Source of the DNA: Vicinamibacterales bacterium
GTDB lineage: Bacteria; Acidobacteriota; Vicinamibacteria; Vicinamibacterales; UBA8438
Direction: 5' to 3'
DNA length: 64,000 nt
NCBI GenBank assembly: GCA_965204175.1
Contig: OZ241978.1
Location: 5,478,164 to 5,542,163 of the forward strand
A model generated the notes under the pieces. It was not told the origin of the DNA, did no database searches, and was given only the letters and a program-made list of their open reading frames with translations. Made by a program: the position numbers and the translations under genes. Of the stretch, positions 54,692 through 64,000 are shown one piece after another (within the stretch, counting starts at the first letter, position 1; every line of letters begins with the position of its first letter).

Positions 54692-56568
54692 ATCGGGATA
54701 GGGGGGAGCCTCGCGGCTCCGCCCCTCCCACACCACCGTGCGTACGGGTCCGTACACGGCGGTTCGACGGAGTTAAGCGGCATGGCCTGCGGCGACGGAT
54801 GCGAGGCCGATTCGGGCGAAGAAGGCATTGGGCAGCGCGATGCTGAGTGCCGGGCTGCGGCTGATCCGCCATGGACCGTGGGCGCTGCTCGCGGTCTGGG
54901 CCGCAAGCCGCTTGCCGACGCCGCGACGGCGCAGCGCCGCGAAGCGAGTACTCCCACGCTTCCAGTGCGTCCAGGCGACGGCGCGTAGCCGCCGCCGTGT
55001 CCACTGGTCGAGGCGAAGCAGGACATAGGGAACCTCGCAGAGTCCGAAATAGCCCCGCCACCCAACGAGGTAGCGGGACAACTCCTCCACGAGAAGGGTG
55101 AAGCTGACGCCCTTCGTGCGGCACGTCAGTTCCCGAACCCGCGCCTTGAACCGGGCGAGCGCCTTCGGCGAGACGACCCGCTGGGGCGTCGGTCCGGCCG
55201 TGAAGCTGAAGCCCAGGAAAGCCCGCGCCGATGGGTGGTCCACCGCGCTCTTGGTTGCGTTCACTGTCAGTTTCAGCCGCCGGGCGAGGAAGTCGGTTAC
55301 GCTCGCCATGACCCGTTCGCCCGCCCGCCGGGACCGCACGTAGATGTTGCAGTCGTCGGCGTAGCGGACGAAACGATGGCCGCGCGTCTCCAGTTCCTTG
55401 TCCAGGACATCCAGCATCAGGTTCGAAAGCAACGGTGAGAGCGGCCCGCCCTGCGGCGTTCCCTTGGTTGTCGGGCCGACCAGCCCGCCGTCGAGCACGC
55501 CCGCGGTCAGGAAACCACGGATGAGCCTGAGCAGACGTTTGTCGGCCACCCGCTTGGCCACCAGCCCCATCAGGATGTCGTGATTGACCCGGTCGAAGAA
55601 CTTCTCCAGGTCGAGGTCGACGACGAAGTCGAAGCCCGCGAGGATGTGCTCCTGCGCACGCCTGACCGCCTGATGGGCCGAGCGTCCGGGCCGGAACCCG
55701 TGGCTCGCATCCGAGAAGCCGGGGTCCCACTCCTCCTGCAACACCTGCATCACCGCCTGCTGGATGAAGCGGTCGAGCACCGTGGGCACGCCGAGCAGGC
55801 GAACGCCGCCCGACGGCTTCGGTATCTCCACCCGCCGTACCAGCTGCGGTGTGTAGCTGCCGGCGAGGAGCCGGGACCTGATCTCGGGCCAGTGGGCCTT
55901 CAGGTGATCGCCCAACTCATCGACGGTCATCCCGTCGACGCCGGGCGCCCCCTTGTTGCGCCGGACACGCGCCAGCGCCTTCTTCAGATTGCCGGCTCGA
56001 CGACCGCCTCCATCGACGGTTCCGGCCCAGCCGCCGGGCGTTCGGGTTCGGCACGCGCCGTGCGGGCTTCGGTCCCTCGGGCGCCGGCACTCCGGGCTTC
56101 ACCCTTCGCCTCCGGCTCCAAGGCCAGCTCCAACTGGATGTTCTGCCGCCTGGTCCGCATGAGCGTTGCCGTCCTACTGACCCTGTCCGTCGTTCGGGCC
56201 TTCGCCGGCGAGCCGGCTACTATGCCCTCTGCTGACTTCTGCGCCGCGGTCACGGGCCTTGCGGACCCGCTCAGTCCGGGACTTCCGGACACGGCGCAGA
56301 CCTCCCGAGGTAAGACCGACCGCCTTCACTGCATCCCCGCCGGATTTACCACCCCGGCCCTTGATGGCTGCGGACTTCGCGGTTCCACGCTCGCTCGTCC
56401 GGCCGGGTAGGCCTCGCATCCGGTTCTTGTCCATCGGGTCGCAGCTTTGCTCCGCGCTTCCTTCAGACCCCGCCTCGCGACGACGCCCTTGCGCTTCGCT
56501 AATCCTTCGCCGCCATCAGGCTGGATAGAGGACTTGCACCTCCAAGCTGTCGGTCATGCTCGGCACAC
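54692..56568 (-). mobile_element. bacterial group II intron (boundaries approximate, +/- 10 nt)
   Basis: 5' end GTGTGCCGAGC (reverse complement at 56568). Typical domain I strings GGTGCAAGTCC and GAAGTCAGCAGAGGGCATAGTAGCC. Domain V-like hairpin around 54738-54775. Domain VI with a bulged A (54699). An RT/maturase ORF lies inside. Confidence 0.75.
54773..56160 (-). pseudogene. group II intron-encoded reverse transcriptase/maturase with a -1 nt frameshift near 55985
   Basis: MRTRRQNIQLELAL..SMEAVVEPA is in one frame. NLKKALARVRRNKGAPGVDGMTVDELGDH..YADDCNIYV continues in another. GCAATCTG is present where GCAAATCTG would restore the frame. Confidence 0.75.
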
Positions 56569-56932
56569 GTGGAGGAGCCGCGCAGCGGCTTGACAGCCGC
56601 GGGCGACCGTGCGGGAGGTAGACGCTTCCGAGCGAAGCGAGGGCCTTTGGGCACGTCCGAAGCCGTGCATCGCCGTTTCAGGAAGCTCCATTTCTTCGGA
56701 TGGTTCGGTGCATGCGGTCAGGTGCTGTCGTGTGTCCGGCCTCATTGATTGCGGCACTTGATGCGCCGCGGGCCCGTATGGAGATACGCGGGTCGGGTCC
56801 AAATCGTCTACGTGTGCTCGAAGGCACTTGCCGTATACACTGGTTTTCCCGACCCCGTCTCGGTGACCGTTTGCCCTTACCATCTTCCGCCCTGCTCGCA
56901 TTCCCGACGGCGCCGCCGCGGCTCCTGCCTTC

Positions 56933-57955
56933 TCAGGCGGTCGGCAGCGGCGCGCGGTAGTACTCGTTCTTCGTCATCAGCGCCCAAGCGATGCGCGCCC
57001 TCCGGTTGGCCAGCGCCACCGCGACCAGCATGCGCGGCTTGCGCTCCAGCATCCGGGCCAGCCACGGGTCCTTCGTACCGCGCCGCGCGGCCCAGCCGAC
57101 TGTCGCCATCGCGCCGGTGACCAACAGCCGCCGGAGGTCGCGCTGACCCATCTTCGATATCCTCCCCAGCTTCGGCTTCCCGCCGGTCGAGCTCTGCCGG
57201 GGAACCAGACCCAGCCAGGCCGCGAAGTCCCGCCCCCGTCGGAAGCTCTCCAGCGGCGGTGCGAACGCCTGGATCGCCATCGCGCACAGCGGTCCGATTC
57301 CCGGGACACCCATCAATCGTTCCGTCCGTTCGTCTTCGCGCGCCCGCTCCCGCAGGTCCCTTTCCAGCTCCGCGATCTTCTCGTCGAGGTCGCCGATCTG
57401 AACGAACAACAGCGCGCCCAGCTCCCGAACCGGGCCCGGGAGTGGCGAATCGGCATCTTCAATCGCCTCCGCCAGCCGCTCCACGTGCGCAGGACCTTGC
57501 GGCGCGACGATGCCGAACTCCGCGAAGTGTCCCCGCAACGCGTTGATCGTCTGCGTGCGCTGGCGAACCAGCAGATCGCGCGTGCGGAACAGCATGCCTT
57601 GGGACTGCTGCTCCTGCGTCTTCACCGCCACGAAGCGCATCGTCGGCCGCGAGGCCGCCTCGCAGATCGCCTCGGCGTCGGCGGCGTCGTTCTTCTGGCG
57701 CTTCACGAACGGCTTGACGTAGATCGGCGGGACCAGCTTCACCTCATGACCGAGCTTCCCGAACTCTCGGCCCCAGTGGTGCGAGCTCGCACAGGCCTCC
57801 ATCGCTACGACGCATCGCGGCTGCGACGCCATGAAGCCCAGCACCTTGTCCCGACTCAGCTTCTTGCGGAACGCAACCGACCCGTCCGCGCGGGCGCCGT
57901 GCAACTGAAAACTCCGCTTCGCCAGATCGATGCCGATGATGGTAGCGTGCTCCAC
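56933..57955 (-). CDS. IS110-family (DEDD) transposase
   Basis: MEHATIIGIDLAKRSFQLHG..VVAMEACASSHHW..KNDAADAEAICEA..GVGPL-type C-terminal domain. Confidence 0.85.
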   Translation of the reverse strand: MEHATIIGIDLAKRSFQLHGARADGSVAFRKKLSRDKVLGFMASQPRCVVAMEACASSHHWGREFGKLGHEVKLVPPIYVKPFVKRQKNDAADAEAICEAASRPTMRFVAVKTQEQQSQGMLFRTRDLLVRQRTQTINALRGHFAEFGIVAPQGPAHVERLAEAIEDADSPLPGPVRELGALLFVQIGDLDEKIAELERDLRERAREDERTERLMGVPGIGPLCAMAIQAFAPPLESFRRGRDFAAWLGLVPRQSSTGGKPKLGRISKMGQRDLRRLLVTGAMATVGWAARRGTKDPWLARMLERKPRMLVAVALANRRARIAWALMTKNEYYRAPLPTA

Positions 57956-58420
57956 AGGATGCCTCCTCTTCCAGGTGATGCTTCACAACAGCTCCACCTT
58001 GGCACATTCCGATGCCGTTGAGAGGAGGCGTCCACCCCATCATCTACGACATGGCGGGTAACGAAGCACGGGTGAGCGTTGGGCGCCTAGCACGACACGC
58101 CGGCCTTTGCGGTGGCCTCTATTCGGCAGTGGTGGCGCAAGATGGGCAGGCGGGCCTATCCGAAGGCGTCGCATCGGGAACACTCGGACGGCTGCCGAGC
58201 CCCGGGTCCGCGCCGCTCTGGACACGACGGAGTATCCGACGGGTGTGACGGTGACCAAGTCAGAGATGGACATCACCCGGACGTCCCCCCTTGGTCCCCG
58301 ACGAGTTTCACGGGCGAATGGAACTACAAACTGGAACGTCGACGAAGTTGACAAGCCAATATCGATCACTGTCCTTGTGAACGACCGCATAGATACACCG
58401 AGAATGAGGTAGCGGGAGAC

Positions 58421-60019
58421 ATGATTGCAGCGGGCACAGGTATCCGACATCCAGCACGAAGACGGTCGCCGATGGAGTACCAGAAGCTGGTACGAAAGCA
58501 CGGGCCGTCAGCAGCGCTACTGTACACAGCAAGGGACGATATAGGGCGGACCAATCCGTGCGAGTACAAGAAGTTCTTGAATGAGAGCCAGCAGGCTAAC
58601 GGCTCACGCTGGTCTCCGGGCCGCGACATCGTGGCGGATATGGACATGTACATAAAATGGTGGCAGGAGTTCAACCGGTGGGGCGAAATTCATTCGCGAA
58701 GAGGCATAATACTCAACCCGGAAAGGGGACGGCAACGATTGACGCGGACCAACGCTAGGGGGAACGGAGGCCGAACCCGAGTCTACTGTGTGGTCTGCTG
58801 CAGATGGCACAACAAGAAACACAAGACCAGTTGGGAACATATTCCACTAAAGTCCCTTGGCGGAGAAGAGCGGGTCAGAATATGTGCGGAGTGCAACACA
58901 AAGCGCACAAAGACTACTGACGACTATACAAGAGACAGCACGGTGGCACGGCAGAGGGATATGCAAGAAATCCTGGTCCGTGGTTTTGGGACCGTGCAGG
59001 GCGACTCTCATTCAGTGACGGGGGAACATGGTGGCATAGAGCGATTCGAGTTCGGAGATACGGTTGCGTCTGACTGGCAAAGACAGCTCATAAACAGAGA
59101 GTCGGCTGAGGAAATACGCCACGACCATCATAACATGCTACGGCGCGAAAGGGGCGCCTGCAAGAAACTCGGCATCCAAGCGATTCACGAACTTATGGTA
59201 GTCCGATATGATGCACCCGAACACACAAGTAGTACAATAAAGGGAGCGTTCCTGCTGCTTTGCCAAGCATTAGGTGGAATGGGAAAGGACTATGCAGTAT
59301 GGGCAAAGGCAACCAAGGATCTATTCATCGGACGCCACCGTTTCCAGGGAGAGCCGTGGACTAGCGGAAGCGATAACGACCGGATCATACCGGTGGTGCC
59401 ATATCCGGAAGAGTTCACGCACACGCCAAATGCAGACGTGGGATTCTATATACCGTTAAGACAATGGCTAGTCCGAGTAGGGAACGAGTTAGTAGTTCTG
59501 CCAGCTTACGACCCGTACCACACCGATTGGCAGACGCTGGTAGAACGAAGCAGCTCCTACGAGTATATGAGTGGACCGGGTGAGAGCCGGTTCCAACCGC
59601 TGATAAACGAGGCGTGTCGCAAACAGTCTGAGATTGTTTGGCTAAAACGGTGCAAGAAAGCGGAGTGGGGTGCTCCTAATCTGGTTTACGGCTACACCGG
59701 CCGGAATGAGAATGAGCGTCTGAGCAAAGATGCTATAGGGACCATCCTCCGAGTAAGCGACCGCCAGAAGGACAGGCGATGGAAATATGTTTGCGTGGTT
59801 CATCAAAAGGGACGAAGGTTCGCCGGTGTTTTGGTGGACAAGAATCGGTTCAATGCCCAATGCTGGCGACTCGCTCGGCGAAACCCAGGCGAGTTGGCCG
59901 AGACAGATGGAAGACCCCACGCGAATCTCTGGCCCTGGCACGACAGTCGACGGGCGGAATACGAGGACACTGGGTTCAGACGTCGTAGTCACTATAACGA
60001 CAGGATCATCCGGTCCTAA
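58421..60019 (+). CDS. orphan 532-aa protein with an N-terminal HNH-like Cys/His motif, in a low-GC island
   Basis: CVVCCRWHNKKHKTSWEHIPLKSLGGEERVRICAECNTKR resembles CxxC..H..N..CxxC HNH cores. The rest is unrecognised. Alternative start ATG 58472. Confidence 0.6.
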   Translation: MIAAGTGIRHPARRRSPMEYQKLVRKHGPSAALLYTARDDIGRTNPCEYKKFLNESQQANGSRWSPGRDIVADMDMYIKWWQEFNRWGEIHSRRGIILNPERGRQRLTRTNARGNGGRTRVYCVVCCRWHNKKHKTSWEHIPLKSLGGEERVRICAECNTKRTKTTDDYTRDSTVARQRDMQEILVRGFGTVQGDSHSVTGEHGGIERFEFGDTVASDWQRQLINRESAEEIRHDHHNMLRRERGACKKLGIQAIHELMVVRYDAPEHTSSTIKGAFLLLCQALGGMGKDYAVWAKATKDLFIGRHRFQGEPWTSGSDNDRIIPVVPYPEEFTHTPNADVGFYIPLRQWLVRVGNELVVLPAYDPYHTDWQTLVERSSSYEYMSGPGESRFQPLINEACRKQSEIVWLKRCKKAEWGAPNLVYGYTGRNENERLSKDAIGTILRVSDRQKDRRWKYVCVVHQKGRRFAGVLVDKNRFNAQCWRLARRNPGELAETDGRPHANLWPWHDSRRAEYEDTGFRRRSHYNDRIIRS

Positions 60020-60315
60020 CTTAACTTAACTATAGTACGAGACCGGGGGTCTGCGTCGGGTGTGGGTGCGCGGCCATGAGAACCTCCGCAAGCGGGTGCT
60101 CATCCAGGCGGCTGGGCTGCAACCTCGGGTTGTTCCTGCGCGACCTGACCGGCGTGGGCACGCCCCGGAGCCTGCAGGGCGGGCTCTTTCGGCGATTTGC
60201 GGCGGATCGGACGTCTGCTCGACCGCTGGGAGCGTCTGACGGGCGCCTGGGCGTCGAAATGGACACCGGAGGCGTTCGTCGGCTCATTGTCACAGATGGC
60301 AGCATCTCGATGCGC

Positions 60316-60918
60316 TCAACCATGCTGCGCGAGTCGCGAGGCGGGAGCGACGAATCGCCGGTAGAGGTCGAAGTTGTAGAGCGCGAACGCCGCGCACATG
60401 ATGATGCCGCTCAGGCCCATGGTCGGCGCGGCCAGGGACATCGGCTCGTTGAGCAACCGGTAGACGCCGACGGAGTACCCGGCCAGCAGGCCGAGCTGCA
60501 CGAACAGGCCCAGGCCCCAATCGAGTGCGGCCGTCCTGTTGCGCGCGATGAGGGCCAGGTACGACAGGGCAACGGCGACGATGTAGAAGTGCAACGGTCC
60601 GAGGTACGCCTCGAACCAGACCCTCATCGGGTAGTCGAGTTCCTCGACGATCAGCGTCTTGAGGCCGACCGCCAGCCCGTTCGTCGCCAGGAAGCACAGG
60701 CCGAAGTAGGCAGCGAGCCAGATCGCGCGGCGTGGCCGGTCGCTGAACGTCCCGTTGCGCTCCGTTGCCCTGACAATGATCAGGAAGAGCCCGACTGCCA
60801 ATGCCGTCATGACCGGGATGTAGACGTACCACTCGAAGAACCCGATGTCCCGCATCCAGAGCAGCAAGGGGCCGAGCACTTCGCCCAGGCGGTTGGTGAA
60901 CGTAGTCGATGGAGTCAT
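60316..60918 (-). CDS. polytopic membrane protein (about 6 TM segments)
   Basis: Repeated 20-aa hydrophobic stretches (VYIPVMTALAVGLFLIIV, IWLAAYFGLCFLATNGLAVG, LHFYIVAVALSYLALIA, and others). Confidence 0.6.
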   Translation of the reverse strand: MTPSTTFTNRLGEVLGPLLLWMRDIGFFEWYVYIPVMTALAVGLFLIIVRATERNGTFSDRPRRAIWLAAYFGLCFLATNGLAVGLKTLIVEELDYPMRVWFEAYLGPLHFYIVAVALSYLALIARNRTAALDWGLGLFVQLGLLAGYSVGVYRLLNEPMSLAAPTMGLSGIIMCAAFALYNFDLYRRFVAPASRLAQHG

Positions 60919-61297
60919 GGGCAGACCCTCCTCTGCTCTGCTTGGACGAGCCCTGCTGCCCGACAGTTCCAGTCGCTCGGAGCGTCCAGGACAGAACCTT
61001 GCGCACCGGGGTACCAGAATCTGGATCGCGTTGAGCTTCCAAGGCTTCCGATGCCACCATGTCGTAAACTACTGATAATAAGTCGTTTCCAGGCGTAGCG
61101 GCTGCCTGTTCCCCTCGTTGCATCCCACATGCGGAATTGGATTCCCGCGAACAGAACACACTTTCTGTGGGCGACCTTTTGGGACGGAGCCCGCGGGTGA
61201 TCGCAGTCGAGGTGTCTGCGAGGTTGCGCCGCGTGTTGTGGGCGCGCGATACTTGTGGCCGCGGGCGGCAAGTGCTCCCGTGCCGGAGGTGCGGCCG

Positions 61298-61876
61298 ATG
61301 AAGAAGTGCTTGGGGCTGTGGGTCATCGTCGTGTTGGCGGGAGTGGCCGGCGGGTGGTATCTTGCCGAACCGAGGGGGGGAACAGGGATGACGCCGCTGG
61401 TGTTGATGGAGTGCTTTCTGATTGTCCTCGTGATCGTCGGATTGCCGCTCTATTCCGCGTGCATGCGTAAGGTGATACGAACATCTGCACGACCGTTGAC
61501 CGCCGATGAGTACGGCAAACTGCCCGAACAACTCCAGGACCGCTACATCGAGGTACAAGCGAACGACGAGAAGTCCTACGTCATTGATCCCGGGGCCTCG
61601 GCTGGAGCTGGACTGCGCGCGTTCAACCTCCCGCGCGGTTCAATCCGTGGCATGCTGGCTCTGCTCGCCGTGGGCTCCTTCGTGATCGTGCTGACGTTGG
61701 GAGGGGCGACGACGGAGACCACCACCACCAATCAAGACGGGTCGACAAGTACGGTAACGCACAGGGTAATCGGTCCCTTCGAACAGGTCGTGACTGCCTT
61801 CGGCACGTTGACGGGAGCGATCATCGGGTTCTACTTCGGCGGTCGAAGCAGCGGCTCGAATCCCGACAGGCGATAG
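61298..61876 (+). CDS. membrane protein (3-4 TM segments)
   Basis: GGAGGT lies upstream of ATG 61298. MKKCLGLWVIVVLAGVAGGW, LVLMECFLIVLVIVGLPLY, MLALLAVGSFVIVLTL. Confidence 0.55.
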   Translation: MKKCLGLWVIVVLAGVAGGWYLAEPRGGTGMTPLVLMECFLIVLVIVGLPLYSACMRKVIRTSARPLTADEYGKLPEQLQDRYIEVQANDEKSYVIDPGASAGAGLRAFNLPRGSIRGMLALLAVGSFVIVLTLGGATTETTTTNQDGSTSTVTHRVIGPFEQVVTAFGTLTGAIIGFYFGGRSSGSNPDRR

Positions 61877-61888
61877 ACGGTCGGCGGG

Positions 61889-62302
61889 TCATTGCGCTGG
61901 GTCGCGAGGCGAAGGATGCCTTGGACCGCGCTCGGATTCGTTACGAGGAGTACCACCCGCATCCGAGTTCTTGGCGGAATCCCAGCCGATGTGAGGCGTT
62001 GGCTTTGGCGGCGGTGCTTCGTCGAATGGCCTGTTGACGGGCGCGGGACCAGTTGATCGTGCCAAGTGACTCTCTCGCTCGGATCTCACCGACCGGCAGC
62101 GTACGCTGCAGCACCCAACACCCGCGCCGCGCGGTCCGCCGAATCGAGGTTCTACGCATCCCGCAGTGCCTTGCGGACAGAGGCGTGCAGCCGCTCGGGC
62201 AGGTGGCCGAGGACGTTCGTGCATCTCATGAACGGCACCGCGGCCAGCTCGCTTTGCCAGAATCAAGCCGACCGCCAGCTTCAATCCCTCGTATGACGTC
62301 AA
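61889..62302 (-). pseudogene. IS256-family (Mutator-like) transposase remnant with several frameshifts
   Basis: My own translation gives AVHEM / RCTNVLGHLPERLHASVRKALRDA-stop and ..LLVTNPSAVQGILRLAT. Compare the family motifs VHxxRNVLxxVPK and RTTNPIES. Confidence 0.45.
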
Positions 62303-62309
62303 TCACCGG

Positions 62310-62926
62310 CGGATCGCTTGGCGGGCTGCTGATTCGTCGAGCCTGCGGTTGTTTCCGCGTCTCGTGCGGGCGGCGTCGCCTCCTCCGGACCACGTTGAGA
62401 GATGGGCGAGTAGACGGCAGGCCGCGTGCTCGGAGTGCGTGTGGGAAAGCGACAGAGTGGAGCGGTGCGCCCCCGAGGATCGTCCGGAAAGCCCTGCTCT
62501 GCTGGGCAAAACCGGACAGGACGCTTCGCCATGCGGTAGCCGACGCCGCGCTCGTTGAAGAGGTATGCGGGGCTGTCGGCGCTGTCACCGAGCTTGCGGC
62601 GCAGGTTCTTGAACGAAATTGCGCACCAGGTTCGCGTTGGCGTTCTTGCGCTTGGGCCAGGCCCGGCGCAGCAAGGTCTCGAAGGTCACGACGCGTCCCG
62701 CGTCGAGCGAGAGCACGCGCACCAGCTCGTACTCGGTGGCGGTGAGCTCGACCGCCTCGCCGCGGACCGTCACCCGGCGCCGCTCGTAGTCGACGGCGAG
62801 ATCACCGACGGCGAGCGGCTCGGGTGCCTCGCGGCGCCGGAGCGCCGCCCGGACCCGGGCGACCAGCTTGGTCGGCGAGAAGGGCTTGACGAGGTAGTCG
62901 GCCGCGCCCGACTCGGCCGGCGTCAC
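62310..62926 (-). pseudogene. OmpR/PhoB-type response regulator remnant (receiver domain lost, effector domain frameshifted)
   Basis: GAADYLVKPFSPTKLVARVRAALRR..LAVDYERRRVTVRGEAVELTATEYELVRVLSLDAGRVVTFETLLRRAW..ANLVRNFV. The ending ..YRMAKRPV is in another frame. Confidence 0.65.
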
Positions 62927-63611
62927 CTGCCGGAGGCGCCACGCGCGCGGGTCGCGCGGCGGCTGACGAGCACCGAGCCGCCGCGAGCCGGTCGGCCTCA
63001 GCGCGCGCCGGGCCGGGCACGGAGCCGGGTTCCGGCCGATGCCGGACCGAGCAACTCGGTCGCCTCGCCCGCCAGCTGTCGTTGTGTCACTGAGCTGGCA
63101 TCGCGCAGCGCTCGCTGGCGCGCCGTCTCTCGAGGCGGTTGACGTCGGCGGCCGCGGCGCCTCCGCGGCCGTTCTGTGCGCCGGGCTTCGGGCCGGGACC
63201 GTTCATCGCCGGGCGCAGCCCCGGCCGCGTGCGCAAGCACATTTCCGCCCGCCCGCGACCGACCCGCCCCGTCCACCCATTGTCGCCGCCCGGGCCGAGC
63301 CGCCGTGTGGGAAGCGAAACGGGCCGCGGTGCTGCCGTCCCGGTCGCCTCCGCGCCGTGTACGTCACATCGACGCACGGGCGCGTCGGGATCTCCGACGA
63401 GTTCGCGACCGCCACCGGCGGCACGCGGTCGATGCCTGCGACGTGCTGACTCGAAGCGGCGCAACGGCGCTTGGGAACCAGCGCGTCCCTTGGCGTTCAT
63501 TCACTTCCAACGGGAAGAGGCGTGGGTTCTTGCGTTCAGGGAGCGACCGCCGGTCTGCATGCTTCACCCGTTGCCCCGGATGCGGCCGGGGCCATCAGAA
63601 AGAGGGCAGTG

Positions 63612-63818
63612 ATGATCAGGCGCGTGCTTCGGTTGAAGGACGTCAAGGAGGCGACGGGACTGTCGCGCTCCTCGATCTACGCGCTACGCAAACGCGGGCT
63701 CTTCCCGCCGTCGGTCAGGATCGGACCCAAGGCGGTCGGCTGGTTCGAAGACGAGGTGCTCGACTACCTGAAGTCGCGTCCCCGAGTCGGCGCCGACCGG
63801 GCCACGAATAGACGTTGA
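63612..63818 (+). CDS. AlpA-family HTH regulator/excisionase-like protein
   Basis: MIRRVLRLKDVKEATGLSRSSIYALRKRGLFPPSVRIGPKAVGWFEDEVLDYL. AGAGGG lies upstream of ATG 63612. Confidence 0.65.
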   Translation: MIRRVLRLKDVKEATGLSRSSIYALRKRGLFPPSVRIGPKAVGWFEDEVLDYLKSRPRVGADRATNRR

Positions 63819-64000
63819 CCGCCGCCAGCGGCGTGGCTGCAGACCGCTGTGGCCGACCTTGACGGCCGTTCAAGCCCGGTGGAGCCCGAACAGGTCGCAG
63901 CGAGTCGCCTTCTGCAGGAGGTCCAACGGTCTGAGGCTCCGCCCTGCCCACGATCGGTGGAGCAAGGAACACAAGGCGCCACGGCGGATTACGCTTCGAC

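Noticed and set aside
54692-56568. The reverse transcriptase as part of a retron or a diversity-generating retroelement.
   Set aside because: The RT is embedded in recognisable group II intron ribozyme sequence (5' GTGTG, domains V/VI). I saw no TR/VR pair with adenine-specific differences and no msr/msd-like inverted repeats.
63840-63900. A possible tRNA fragment downstream of the AlpA gene (GTTCAAGCCCGG resembles a T-arm).
   Set aside because: I could not build an acceptor stem, anticodon arm or D-arm around it. It is probably chance similarity.

Overview
High-GC (roughly 68-70% by eye), heavily mosaic accessory DNA. I found no rRNA, tRNA or CRISPR array. Many long ORFs in the track are antisense or out-of-frame shadows of real genes, which is normal at this GC content, and I did not call them.

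**(1) 0-22.8 kb, defence island.** It holds a 5'-truncated SNF2 helicase fused to an Mrr-like nuclease, an IS91 transposase remnant, a DUF4238 protein, and a DUF429-like gene with a small partner. The core is a complete class 1 DISARM operon, drmA-drmB-drmC-drmD-drmMI (8266-21921). It is followed by vapB and a vapC whose catalytic Glu codon is an amber stop.

**(2) 22.8-50.8 kb, decayed prophage/ICE segment.** It is bracketed by two different IS21-family elements in opposite orientation. Each carries the same near-identical 96-aa passenger cassette. Inside are:
- a second DUF4238 gene with a truncated helicase
- two RHH regulators
- an intact IS4-family element with an 8-bp target-site duplication (TSD)
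- a frameshifted ADP-ribosyltransferase
- a Mu-G-like remnant
- a family of SOS-box-like palindromes inside 350-bp repeats
- a CI-like repressor / AlpA switch

**Most unusual locus.** A 1409-aa Lon-like protease (37726-41955) has three tandem Lon-type AAA+ units and one intact S16 protease domain. It is accompanied by small Zn-ribbon-like proteins and one micro-ORF that all end in the same C-terminal tail, PLLD(D/E)L..L..PCLRW. I flag this as the best candidate for an undescribed system.

**(3) 50.8-64 kb.**
- a ParB-like nuclease-domain protein
- an autotransporter barrel remnant
- a retropepsin-like protease
- a group II intron sitting in the loop of a 28-bp-stem palindrome, with a frameshifted intron-encoded protein (IEP)
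- an IS110 transposase
- a visibly low-GC orphan gene with an HNH-like motif
- two membrane proteins
- IS256 and OmpR-type remnants
- a second AlpA gene
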